DNA of 63,705 bases, filler included, from Octopus bimaculoides (taxonomy: Eukaryota), in NCBI RefSeq assembly GCF_001194135.2. It is 4 parts of 4 records of this genome, joined end to end, with 100 filler letters (N's around TTAATTAATTAA, not from the genome) between each part and the next. Parts side by side here need not be neighbours in the genome. Positions count along the whole stretch, not along the records: positions 36,019 to 62,462 come from NC_068984.1; 3 more parts are not named here. The stretch is one strand, 5' to 3'. Below the pieces are notes generated by a model. The model was not told the origin of the DNA and searched no databases. It was given only the letters and a program-made list of their open reading frames with translations. This document shows positions 37,051 to 49,465 of this stretch, piece after piece. Each line of letters opens with the position of its first letter. Positions within the stretch are counted from its first letter, which is position 1. The position numbers were made by a program, and so were the translations under genes.

Positions 37051-37250
37051 GGCGTCCATCGGTCAAGATGACTATGTATCTGCACGTGTATACGCGGACT
37101 TGGACACAATCTTTTGAAGAAAACCTATGCATGCAGGTCTCTCCACGAGATCGATATTTATGTAAAGGAAAACTACCAGCACAGCTTGGCATCAGCTTGG
37201 TCACAGGCGTTGCTGTGAGGATGCAAAAAGACTGGAAGAGACGGTAATGT
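37051..37250 (+). mobile_element. RTE-clade 5'-UTR-like fragment
   Basis: GGCGTCCATCGGTC.AGATGACTATG.ATCTGC and CTCTCCACGA.A.CGAT.TT..GTAAAGGAAA...ACAGCTTGGCA.CAG...GTC.CAGG.GTTGC resemble recalled RTE (Expander-like) 5' UTR motifs. Confidence 0.45.
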
Positions 37251-37332
37251 TGCCAATATAGCCAATGGAAACACAAGCACTATATATTTGGTGTTCACTT
37301 GCTTCAGCTTTATTTCATATTAATTGTATTTC

Positions 37333-37377
37333 GGCCAGAGTTCTTTCGTCGTACTTCTGTGACCTCATCAGTGGTCC
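37333..37377 (-). ncRNA. Minimal type I hammerhead ribozyme motif, core boxes intact
   Basis: Minus strand GGACCA-CTGATGA-GGTC ACAGAAGTAC GAC-GAAA-GAAC-TC-TGGCC. Stem I GGACCA/TGGCC (one bulge), stem II with a G10.1-C11.1 pair, very short stem III, UC cleavage site. Confidence 0.7.
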
Positions 37378-37674
37378 TTTGCTTTCTTCTTTCTGTTTTG
37401 TGTCTGTCCTTCCTCACGATCTGCCATTTTTATGTCTTTATTTGCGCATTCGTATATCCCTGTGTGTGTTTTGTTTAGTAAGTGTGTGTGTGCTTTGATT
37501 AGTAAGTGTGTGTGTGGAAATGTGTATGATACCTACGTCATCTGTATCCCCTGTTTATTCACGTTCGTTTAATTTAATTTAATTTATCATAATTTGTTTA
37601 TGCATTTAATTATTTAATTCCATTTATTTATCTGTCTATTGTATTAGTTTCATAGTTTTATTAGTTTATGGAGA

Positions 37675-37853
37675 TCTTATTCTGCCATAGGTTGTGGTGT
37701 GTGTGAGTGGGGTGGTGGTGCTAGTGTTCCATTCTAGCTTTCTATTTAGGCTAGGTTTGGTTAGGTTAGGTTTAGATAAACCTAGCCTAAATAGAAAACT
37801 ACAATGGAACGCTCGCAGCTCCCAGACACACCACAACCTATGGCAGAATAAGA
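37675..37853. mobile_element. 179-bp foldback/MITE-like palindrome
   Basis: TCTTATTCTGCCATAGGTTGTGGTGTGT pairs with ACACACCACAACCTATGGCAGAATAAGA, GTTCCATT with AATGGAAC, and TTTCTATTTAGGCTAGGTTT with AAACCTAGCCTAAATAGAAA. Loop GGTTAGGTTAGGTTTAGAT. Confidence 0.85.
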
Positions 37854-37923
37854 AAATTAATTTTAGTTCCATCCAAACTTTAAAAGCATAATTACACACA
37901 ATGCAACACAACAACACGAAGCC

Positions 37924-38280
37924 GGCTGTTCCTGCAGGGATAAAGACTTGTGCCCACTAAATGGAGCCTGTTTGACCGAGGCCATTATTTATGAAATCAT
38001 CGTAAATTCCACGAACGCTAATAATACACTTTCATCCAACAGAGGGAAATTTCAAAGTAAGATTCAACAATCACACCTCAAACTTCAGACACTGGAATAA
38101 ACGAAAAACTACCAAATTATCCAGTTACATTTGGTTCTTAAAAGAACAAGGTATATATATAAGCTAAATAAATAACAAGGATGTCCAGGCATTACAGCCG
38201 TTTCAGGCAGCTCCATTTAATCGATCAATGCAAACATTACGTCAATTTGAAATACGACGCCTTCCTCGGAAGTATAAGAC
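37924..38280 (+). mobile_element. Penelope-like linker + GIY-YIG fragment
   Basis: GCSCRDKDLCPLNGACLTEAIIYEIIV...TEGNFKVRFNNHTSNFRHWNKRKTTKLSSYIWFLKEQG. Confidence 0.85.
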
Positions 38281-38585
38281 CATATAGGTTTTCAACATAC
38301 AGGATACTCCAGTATATTTTTTTAGCAAATTATTCCTCAGAACTAGAGAATAAAAGAATTACATGCTTATTACTATTATTGTAGCAGAGTGAACTTAGGG
38401 GGAAAATATCCCAAGCCTACTAAAATTTGGAGTGGTAGAAGAGAATAACAATGTGGGTCAAAAAATAGTAACATAGCTACATTCATCTTTGTCCTTATCA
38501 AAATCAAAAGATTCAATGCAGCTAGTATTCTACATCCACTTAGAATTAACACTACTGAGAATTGACAGTTAAGCTCTTGCTGTTG

Positions 38586-38628
<43 letters not shown>

Positions 38629-39014
38629 TAACTTCTTACAAACAGGACATAGTGCCAGATAACTCACCCGACCAAAGATACACAAAGAGGAAAAGTTATT
38701 GCTTAATTTTACAAATGAGAAACATTTAGCTGGTGACAGTATCCGTGACGCATTTATCTATGAGAAAGCATTAGAAATATAAAGTAAACTCTGGTACAAG
38801 TGCTGAAAGTGATACTTTTGTATTCAAAGCTAGAAGAAGCTGGTTCGAGAAATNNNNNNNNNNNNNNNNNNNNNNNNNNNNNNNNNNNNNNNNNNNNNNN
38901 NNNNNNNNNNNNNNNNNNNNNNNNNNNNNNNNNNNNNNNNNNNNNNNNNNNNNNNNNNNNNNNNNNNNNNNNNNNNNNNNTGTGTGTGTGTGTGTGTGTG
39001 TGTGTCTGTGTGTG

Positions 39015-39220
39015 TGTGCCCCCACCACCACCACCACCACCATCGCTTGACAATCGATGCTGGTGTGTTTACGTCCCCATAATTTAGCGGTTCGGCAAAA
39101 AAGAGACCGATAAGTACTAGACTTACCAAGAATAAGTCCTGGGACCGATTTGCTCGACTAAAGACGGTGCTCCAGCGTGGCTGCTGTTAAATGACTGAAA
39201 CAAGTAAAAGAATAAAAGAA
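39015..39220 (+). mobile_element. SINE 3' module following (TG)n
   Basis: CATCGCTTGACAA.CGATGCTGGTGTGTTTACGTCCCC...GGTGCTCCAGC.TGGC.GC.GT.AAATGACTGAAACAAGTAAAAGAATAAAAGA. Confidence 0.85.
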
Positions 39221-40279
39221 TGCATGTGCGTGTTTGTGTTTGCACACGCGTGTTCGTAGTACACGCACATATGAACACAGAACAGGAAAGAGATTAACAA
39301 ATCAGTAAAGCAAGCAGGAAGCTACAAATGAATAAAGAAGGAGAGAAAAATATTTCTTCATACGTTTTATGTGTATGTGTGTGTATAAATAAATATACGT
39401 GAGTATATATGTGTGCTTGCATGTGTTTAGAGAATAAGAAAACAAGAGGAAGAAAGAGAGAGAGAGAGAAAGGGGAAGCGAGAAAAGAATTCGATATGAA
39501 ATACAATTCAGAAGAAAAAAATGTAAGACTGAAAACGACCAAAGTAGTAAGTTTTAACAGATGGAAAGTGTAATAAATGAGGAATGGAGAAGAGATGGAG
39601 ATTGGCGATGAGAAGATAAAAATGTGAGTAATAAATGAGAGATGATGCTAAAGAGAGAAGAGTGGACGATTTTGTTACAAAACAGCGAAACATGTAAATG
39701 TTGAAATTGTGATAATTAAACTGATTTTGTCATCTGCGATAACGTCGGACAAAATATATGCACATGCACCCACATACATACATACATACATACATACATA
39801 CATACATACATGCACACATTGTCTATGTGAATGTGTATGTATTATATATATACCATATAGTGAGACAGAGAGAGAGACAGCCACACACACACACACAAAC
39901 GCAACAGCATATACACACATATATATGTTTATGTATGAGTAGGTATATAGATGTTTCTTTTACTAAACATGTATGTATGTCTGTTTTTATTCCTAATACT
40001 TGCACATACATATGTAACATATATGTGTAATTTATGTGATGGATGTATATATGTACACATATGTGTGTGTGTGTGTGTGTGCGTATAGATGTATATGTGT
40101 GCGTGCATGTATGTGTATGTCTTGAAGAAATGAATAGTATTAATTTAAGTAATTCTTGGGGATTATTTTCCAGAGTCCATATGTCATCATTTGTTTGAAT
40201 CAGATTCAGACTAAAGCTTCTTATTTATCCGATTGTCTGCTTCTTTTGAATATATACGTATATGTAAGTATCTCCCCCG

Positions 40280-40337
40280 CCTCTCTCTCACTCTCTCTCT
40301 CTCTCTATCTCTATCTATTTATCTCTCTATCTATTTG

Positions 40338-40425
<88 letters not shown>

Positions 40426-40430
40426 CTCTG
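40280..40430. repeat. (CT)n/(TATC)n microsatellite
   Basis: Directly visible. Confidence 0.95.
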
Positions 40431-41374
40431 TCTCTCCCTAAACAAACACGCACAGACACACACAAACACACACACATATCTATATATGCACATACACACA
40501 CATTAGCATATAAACGTACTCACGCCGAAGCCCACATATAAATATGTAAATAAATACATTATATGTGTATGTGTGTGTCTAATACTCGCGCACATATACA
40601 GACAGCCTTTAACGTCTTTAAGAGTAAAATATGTTTTCTGAAACAACTTATACTTCTAAAGAAGAATATCTATCATTCCCATGAGACATTGTTGCATTCA
40701 AACTAATCAAACTAATCAAAGAATTATGCGTATTTCTTTATTTTTAATATAACCATGTAATATTTTGGCGTTCTGTTTTTTCATCATGTCTAAACGTAGT
40801 ACTGTGGTTATTATATCATTCCTGACTTTTCCTTCTACCATGCCTATATACTGTTGTTGTTGTTCAGTACTGGTCTAGTTGAGATAACTTCAGCCCCATA
40901 TTCTAGTGTTTGTATGTTGAAGGGTATGTTTAGTTTAGTTAGGAAAGGTGTGTCAGTTTCTGAGATTGTTCGAGATCTCTTTAGAGTTCGTTAAGTTATG
41001 AAGACTTGTCCTTCTCGTTATTTGAGCTGCAACTGGTTTTTCAGTTATTTCGCTTGATTATTTTTCCGTTCAAGTGATTTATGAGGAAATGTTTATCTTT
41101 AATGTACAACTGCTTTGCCCTATATCAGACTTGACAGCGACTGAGAAATGAGCTGCAGACCATATAATTTTACGCCTTCTGTTTGTCTTTTGTTATAGTG
41201 AGGACTTCGCATTTATGCGATCTTTTCGAATCCATTCGCTTCTCTGGAACTGTGTTATAGTATGACATCACCTGACCGAATAGACCTTCATCAGATGAAA
41301 GTAAGATTTTCTGCTGCTATTACTCACTGGGCTTTTAAAATAATATTGGCAGGTAGCAAGAATCTTTGACTACC

Positions 41375-41545
41375 AGTGTTGGTGTGTTTACATCCCCGTA
41401 ATTTAGAGGTACGGCGAAAGGGACCGATAAAATACATACCATGCTTTTAACAAAAATAATTACCAGGGTCGATCCGTTCGACTAAGATTCTTCAAGGCGG
41501 TGCCCCACATGGCTGCCATCTAATGACTGAAACAAGAAAAAGATT
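41375..41545 (+). mobile_element. SINE 3' module (diverged)
   Basis: Same family as 39015-39220. Confidence 0.75.
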
Positions 41546-41868
41546 AAAAAAAAGATATAAAGTCAAAAGATGAGAGCTAGAGATGCCCAGTATAGGAAAT
41601 ACGTAGTCGTGCTCAAATGATTTGAACTTAGAGTCCGAAATCTTTATCATGACTAGATCCACAGAGTAAAGAGGGGCCATAAGAGAAGCCAAGGGAACTG
41701 ATACGGAAGCAGTGATGCAGATAAATACCATTAGGCTTGATATGTACATATACACAGATAGATGCGCGCGCGCACAAACACCAATGAAACAAAACCATGT
41801 TCAAATGTGTATCCATTAAACCAGTTGTATATATTCGCTTATAACCTTATTTTTGTTCCATTCTAAAC

Positions 41869-41914
41869 AAAACTGTCCGACGAACGGGAACGTGAAACTC
41901 TGAGTGACAATTTT
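41869..41914 (+). ncRNA. Degenerate minimal type I hammerhead ribozyme motif in a pLTR-like segment
   Basis: AAAACTGT-CCGACGA-ACG GGAA CGT-GAAA-CT CTG AG-TG-ACAATTTT. Stems I, II and III all pair. Core U4 is C and H17 is G. AATAAA and TATATATA follow downstream. Confidence 0.6.
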
Positions 41915-42176
41915 TTTTATATTTTGCTGCTTTTTAATAAAGTGTATATATATATACTGTTGTGTCTGGAGAGAGTCATTCTCTTTTACCGCCTTTTAAT
42001 TTAACACACTCACCGGTAAAATTTCCATTTCTTTTTATTTTTTCCTAAAATTTCCGTTGCGTCTAGCAACCTTTTCAATAGTTTTGACTCTATCCGTTAT
42101 TCACACTGCGTTCCTTTTCGTTTGTTTGTGTGCATGTGTGTGGGTTAGTGTGTGCGTGTGTGCCTACATATGCATG

Positions 42177-42210
<34 letters not shown>

Positions 42211-42433
42211 TGGATGGATGGATGGATGGATGTGCATATCCATATGTGTGGACGTGTGTCTCCATATGTGGTCTTGTGCGAAGTAATGTGTGTATGTGTA
42301 TATATGGTCCTGTGTTTCAGTCTTCATTTGTGTCTGTGTGCCTATGTGTGCTTGTCTGTTCATATAACCTATGTACCTATCTGTCTGTATGTTGGTCTGT
42401 TTACTTTCATATCTATATGCTTATATACATGTG

Positions 42434-42490
<57 letters not shown>

Positions 42491-42569
42491 CTATGTACAT
42501 AACAGCCCACTAAACATTCTACTCTACCTGTATAAACTATGGGTATGGGGGTATGATATCTATGTATAT

Positions 42570-45520
42570 TTCTTATTTAGTATTGTGGAAGTTACATTTA
42601 TGAGGACGTATTTGTCTGAGTGTTGGGTCTTCTGGGCGCTTGGATAAGATGCGGATGTCAAGTTGAACCAGGTTGCCTCTATGTTTGTCCTTGGCATGAT
42701 GGTTGAGTATGGAAGACTGTTTTTTTGTCGTCATATTGTCTCAAATGTCCATTTAGTCGTTCCGCAAAGCTCCTAGATGTTTCCCCTAGGTATGTCATGT
42801 TCATGTCTTTACAAGCTCACTCTATGCATCTTATGCTGTAAACTGCATTTCTAGTTCTACAGTTAATGCCAGGACTAATCCTACATACAATGCAGTTATC
42901 ATTGGTGCATATGGTATTATCAAAGGGTTACGTCCTACATAGTTGTGATCTGACGGAGTTCCCTGGCTTTTCAATAATCTTAATGTTGAGTTTATTCTTT
43001 GCCTACGTAAAAAAGCGTGTTACTGTCTGGGAGATTCTTACGGTAGTAGAAAAGGAAGTTTTAACTCCTATTTCTAAATTCGGTATGTGGTGAAATAATT
43101 AGTTCTCTATATGTTTTTTCGTTTCATAGTCGGGACACGTTGTTTATTATCCTAAGTCTGCTATCAGTATGTTATTTGATGTTGTGTGACAAAGCTGAGT
43201 TCTTGTGAGCAACATATTTTGAAGCTATGGGTTCCATGTAGTCGGAGTGGAGGAGCTTCACTCAATTGTTCACAATCTCTAACCAAAGTTCAGTATCAAG
43301 TACGGGGAGTCTATTGTTGGGGTGGGGTGCTTAGTGGAGTAATCTATAGTTACCTCCGTACTTTAGTGGATGGAGTTAGCTACTTGCTGGATGCTCTCCA
43401 TTACGTTCCTCTCAGTTTCTACACAACCGTTACTAGAGTTGGTCCTAACTATGATATTAATGGCATCTACATATCTACTGGAGATTAGAAGAGTTGTGGA
43501 CTGTTTTGCTAACATATGTTTAAGTTTTCTGTCCCACCAGGTCATGAAGAGGCCGGCCACATCTCCAGCTACACCAACACCGATGGCTACACCTTGAAAC
43601 TGCATGTATAGTCTTTTGTTAAACTTTACTATGTGGTTCTTCAAGGTGGTTTTTACACTGGCCCCTACTGCATGTGCAATCATTTCTTTCACCTGATTGT
43701 TGTTCTCAGGTTTTGTGTGGGTGCGATCCAGCCACTCTAGCGCTCTGTGGTGCTTTGCTTCATCACTGCTGAAGTGATGGTGGGTGGTCTTCCCCTCTGT
43801 GACCTGGTGGGGGAGAATCTACTGAGATCATGGTCATCTAAATAGTCACTGTCGTAGCTTTGTCTGAGGAGGAGACCCAGTTCCTTCGTGTTGACCTTAT
43901 AGCACTCCACTACACTCTCACAGATTACCTGAATGCATATCTCCATAGCAAAATCTATGTCTATAGATGGGTAGAGTGAAATCACATCCATACTACCCAC
44001 TACACAACCTGTGAGGTCGTTGGATTGGTTGCAAGTATTGATTTTACTGAGGAGATCCTCCATGCTCACACAGACATCTGGAGAGGATGTAATACCTGTG
44101 AGAGGAAGTAGGACAGTCTATAGTTGCTGTAGATATTCGCTCTGCAAACTGGTCTGGTTGGGGGCTCATGTCAGGGTTTGCGTAGTGTCTGTGGTCTTTG
44201 CGTAACCCGTATAGCTTAGGAACATCATTGTTGGATGCTTGGAAATTTTCTGCCGTTCTTTTCACAGGTTGGACTATGTTGTATTACATTCCCATGTGTG
44301 CATTGAGGAGTTTGTTCACTCTTTCATGTTCCTGTGGAGCAACTTCTCTCATGCTACTGATGTGTTGTTACATGGTCTGGACATAGTTCTGTGGGCTGTC
44401 TATTGACAGTCTGCCAGACTTGTCCGTAGGGAGGCACACTAATTCTCTGTTCCTAATTCGCTGTTTCAGTTTTTGTAGACCTTTGGCAACAGATGAACTG
44501 AGTTGGTGGGTCCCCTCCTCATTATGTGTTTTAATAGATTTGTTGTATCGGTCTAAGATATGTCGGAGTCTATTTCTAGCTAAGGAGATCTTTGCTTCCG
44601 TTTCACTGTCATTTTAGGGTGGGATACATACCCTTTTGTTAAAGGGTAAGTCTGTGGGGTAGATCCTCGTCATGTCATAAGAGTTGTTGTTAGGGTTATA
44701 GAAGACAGAGTGTAGAGTGTTATTATTGTTGTGGTTGTTGTTATAGTTGCTGGCATTGATGTTGCTGATGGTGGTGGTGGTGGTGGTGGTGGTAGTAGTG
44801 CTTGTGTTGTGCCTATTGTTGTTATTGCTGTCGGTGGTGTTGATGTTGATGGTGTTGTTGGTAGTGGTGTGGATGATGTGGTTGGTATTGTTGTCTGTGT
44901 GGGGGTTGTTGTTGTTACTGTTGCTATCATCATCGTTACTGTTATTGTTATCATAATAGTTGTTTCTGTTTCGAACGCTTGTGTTGTTGTTATGTGAGGA
45001 ATGTTGTGGTTATCATTGTTGTTATTGTTATTGCCACTATTTTTGTTGTCATCAACACCGCTATTGTTATTATTGTTGTTTTGGTTTCGTATGTGTTTAT
45101 GTTGTTTTCGTTGTTGTTGTTGCATTGTCCTAACCTCCATCTTAATTTTAAGAACATTTTTTCAATTTCAGACAGACAATCAATTTTTCTGACCCTTTTA
45201 TATGTAGCGAATTTTGATGGTAACTCTAAAGCATGCATTTCATCTGTACCTAGCTGTACTGCACCATATATTCCAGAGGTGTAATTATTGTTGTTGTGAT
45301 GGTGGTATTGTTTTCCGGTGTCCTGGTGTCGAAGTCCTCTCGTAGTTTACATTCTGACATGACAATCCATCGATATTATCTTGGTATTTGTATTGATTCT
45401 TAACATGTTGGAATCGTTGTTGTTGCTGTTTCCTCCAGTTCAGTTTATTGTTGAAGTGTTTGTTACAGGCATGGTTAACTCGGTGGTATTCTTGTTGGAT
45501 GTTTGTCATGAATCTGTCTC
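42570..45520 (-). mobile_element. Near full-length decayed Penelope-like retroelement, Neptune-like (Cys-rich linker, C-terminal GIY-YIG)
   Basis: ALELPSKFATY..IEKMFLKLRW, VPKLYGLRKDH, VVGSMDVISLYPSIDI, YMQFQGVAIGVGVAGDVAGLFMTWWDR, SRYVDAINI, IKIIEKPG.SVRSQL, CTNDNCIVC...NCRTRNAVYSIRCIE*ACK..YLGETSRSFAERLNGH. Confidence 0.9.
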
Positions 45521-48000
45521 TTTCCTGAAATTATCGTTGGGAATCTACCATGCAAAGCCTTCTCTTGCCAGTATTTCTCCTTTTTCTTGTTAACTTCATT
45601 TGGCTTTTCGGTTTCCCATTGTCTTACTGTGTCTCTAGTAGCTCTTAATAAACTTTCTTCACTATTACCTACATAGGAGGCTATATCTACTCCAGCTAAC
45701 TCCAAGCAATCTTCTACTGATATTAACCCTCTTTCGTCTTCCTTTCTAGGTAAATCTTGTTACTCCTACTCTCGGGTGAAGTCTTCCATTCCAATTGAAT
45801 TCCTTCCTAGTTTTTCTCTCTAGCTTTGCTAATTCATATTTTGTCCAATCTACAAAAGCTGGTGAGTATCTAAGTAACGACACCTCCCAAGTATTTACAG
45901 CCTTCACTAGATTCGGATCTTTTGACTTCAATAGCTTCCTCACCCTTCTAATGTGCTCCTTCTCAGTTTTAGTTTTCGTTTATATAGTTAATACTCTGTC
46001 AGATTCTAATACTTCTACATACTTCTTTCCTTCTTTCAGTGATTTTAATATCTGACCATCAGGTAATTGGATGCCTTCGCTGTTGAATTCCTGTCCCCTT
46101 TTCATGGCTAATATTGCACACTTATCTATACCGAATTCGATGCCTATATCTTTGCTGAAGAGTCTTATAGTTTGTATAAAGGAAACTATCTCTTTTTCAT
46201 TCCTACCAAAAAGCTTCAGATCATCCATCCATGTAGAGCAATTGGTTAATTTTTCCTATACTGTTTCTGAACTGATACCCTGCCTTTGTCGACCTTAATA
46301 CCTAACTGAAGTGGACTAAACATAACATAATAATTAAAGGGGATAACAAGTAGTCTTGGAAAATTCTTCTCTTGATATTAACTTTCCCTAAGGCTATGTC
46401 ACCTGAGTAGAGATCTACTTTTCATTTCTTCATGCTTGTATTGTCTGTAATACTGAATATACTCAAACAATCACTTATCCATTATAAACTATAGTTAATT
46501 TTTTTCTTTCCAGATTTTATATAATTGCTAATTGTATTACCCTTGCTTTTGTACTGCTCTCCCTCTAGTTATCCAATTTGGTATTATTCTTCCATTCAGG
46601 CAATCCTGAAGTTGTTCTGTCAGTCTCCCATGTATTTCTTTAACCAGTACCCTTTAACTAAATCTGGTCCTGTGCCATTTAAATTCAGTATTTTTCCTAA
46701 CACTTTACTCATGAATGCATTAATTAGTCTTAGATCTGGCTGCTTCTCACTCACTACTTCTTCCCTCAGTTTCTTTAATCATGCTGCATCTGCATTATGA
46801 TTGACTAACTTATCCTAAATATTGCTCCAGAACTTTCTAGCTTCTGCATTAGTTTTCTCATCTTCAGTACTTTCTTCTCCAATGTTTATTTGGCTATAAA
46901 ATCTCCTCTAGTCTGTTTCAAATAATCTATTCTGTTGACACTGATCTATTCTTTTCTGATATCTAGAAAGCTTACATGCTACTGCTATGATACGCTGTTT
47001 CAACTCTTTTATGACTGTCCCAAATCCTTTCTCTTTGACTAAGTTTCTTTTCTCAAGAGCAAATTTCAAACTTGTGTTTCCTAACTTGTTCAGTTTCCAA
47101 GCTTCTATTCTACTTAGATCGTCTTAAAGTTTTCACTTTATTTTGTAATCTCCTCTTCCAAATTTGCTCTTTTCTAATCTTTCCTCAAGGAATACCCAAT
47201 CTTCTAGAAACTACTATCCCTCCTGCATAGATCAATAAGTTAGTGTCACCTATATTTTTAGTATCTACCCTACTGATAACAGAATCTACTTTCCTAATCA
47301 TATCTAGCAGCTTCCTTCTATTGATACCTTTTAATGATGGCAATCTTTTTCTTATTTCTTTACTCATTGCTTCCTGCAACTCATCTAAAATCTTCTGATT
47401 TTCCTCACTTAAATCACTTAAGGCGCTGATGCCAGTTGTCTCTTCTTTATTGGTAGCGCTATTATTATTTTTTCCTTTAGGTTCTTCTTTGGTTTGAGAT
47501 GTATCTCTTATGTTGTTGTTTGTCGTTCCTACTGCTTGGTCTTTCTTTTTCAGTTCTCTTGTGATCTCTTCCACCTCCAATTTTCTCATACACTTTCTTC
47601 TTCTAATAGCATTAACTTGGTGTACTAATCTCTGCTCAGTCACTTTGAACATACTCTTCTCTACCCAAAGAGTTAACATCCGCTCTCTATAACCCCCTTC
47701 TATTAGGTTCATTTAAGTAGCACTGCATCACTAACTTGTTTTCTTCGCTGGTCCACTTCCTCCTCCTTACTCTTATCTGCTGATGCTGTCTTAGGATAAT
47801 AGCTGTGGTCAGTTTGCACCTGTACTGAACCAATGCCGAGCGAGAGGCCTTCCGTTAACGGTCCAGCCTCAATTTCGCTGGTACAGTCAGAGTTTCTACG
47901 CAAACTATTGTCTCTCATAAACTGAGATGATGGTAACTTTCGCCACTGTCGTCATCACCACCATTATCATACGACATCTGGTATTTTCAAGTGATCTATT
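45520..48000 (-). mobile_element. R4/Dong-clade non-LTR retrotransposon, 5' region through RT, 3' end missing
   Basis: KWTSEENKLVMQCY, GYRERMLTLWVEKSMFKVTEQRLVHQVNAIR, LLY(M)DDLKLFGRNEKEI..FIQTIRLFSKDIGIEFGIDKCA, LVKAVNTWEVSLLRYS, LERKTRK...GRLHPR, YWQEKALHGRF. Confidence 0.9.
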
Positions 48001-48736
48001 GCATCACTCGCTGTAGTTTCGTGCTGGTGAGGTATGTGTAACATTCTTTTTTACGTTTGTGGAATATATTGCATTAGTATGTTTTGTTATGGGGTTTGCT
48101 TTGAGTCTTCTATTGCATTAGTGTTTGTATTGTGTGATGTTTGTGCAGTGCAGGTCGTATTCTTCTGTTGGATATCGAGCTTCTATGGCACATGTTGTGG
48201 GGTTTGTTCATTTTATTGTGTGTTTGCTGTATAAGTGTATTACTGTATGTTTTGCGGGGAGTGTTACATTGTAGTGCACATAAATCACTTCATTGTAGTC
48301 ATGGTTATCTGTCCATCGGTCATTTTTGGTTTTGTTTTTCGTTTGGGCAGTCACATTAAGAGATGGGTCCGTCTTTACAGCATTTACTTTTTGACAAAAC
48401 GCCACCCCTGGATGTGTGTTGAAATTTCTTTCGTATAGCAATTGCACAAGGCTCACTGGACGGAATTCACTACCATTACTTTCTCCTTTATTCACAATTT
48501 ATACCTTTTTTCACCGAATGCTGATCATAGTTGTTCAGGGGAATGAGGCTTGTCGTCTTTTTACCTAAAAATATTGAAAAAAATGCGTTCGGTGTCTGTT
48601 ATGTACGTGTTCTGTGTGTGTTGTATAAGCTTCATAATTATTAATGATGCATAACCTAAAAACGAGAAATAGCAATGTGTATATGCATCGAGGATTTGTA
48701 AATATAAGGTCGTATATATGATTTGATATTAATGGT

Positions 48737-48961
<225 letters not shown>

Positions 48962-49465
48962 TAGGATGTCGCACATTATCCAATATCGGGATTTTGTTTT
49001 GAAGATATTGTGTCTACCAGGAATTTGTATTGTCTGTCAAGTCACCACAAGGCCCTCAAACTGACAGTACTGTACGAATCATGCGTGCAGTTCCAAGTAA
49101 TGTCGAGTTTTGCAATACACCTCGATTGTAGGGTATTTCTAGTTTCCAGATGTTTCTTCAGGTTGGGTGGTATTGAATCCAGTGCTCCGATGACGATAGA
49201 AACAACATTTATGTTTGACTCTCATAGCTGCCACATCTTGGCGATCTCAGTTCTCAGGTATCCATATTTATCAATCTTTTCTCTGTATTTCATGATAATA
49301 TGTTGATCTCCTGGCACTGCCACGTCGATCATTGGGCACCCTTGTTTGTCCTGCCTAAAGGTTACTATATCCGGCCTTCGGTGCTCTGACACCTTCTCTG
49401 TCTGGAAATCAAACTTCTAGAGGATTTTTGTCTTCTCCTTTTCTTCCATGGTCAGTTCCACCGTA
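48962..49465 (-). mobile_element. 5'-truncated R4/Dong-clade copy (RLE domain + 3' UTR ending in (TAA)n)
   Basis: KIL*KFDFQTEKVSEHRRPDIV....C.MIDVAVPGDQHI..K.REKIDKYGYL.TEIAKMW...VVSIVIGALDSIP..LKKHL. The 3' end runs directly into (TAA)n. Confidence 0.9.

Noticed and set aside
41270-41300. Minus-strand CTGATGA (also plus-strand CTGATGA near 49995 and 63677, CTGACGA near 28077)
   Set aside because: No stem II/GAAA/UH arrangement follows any of them.
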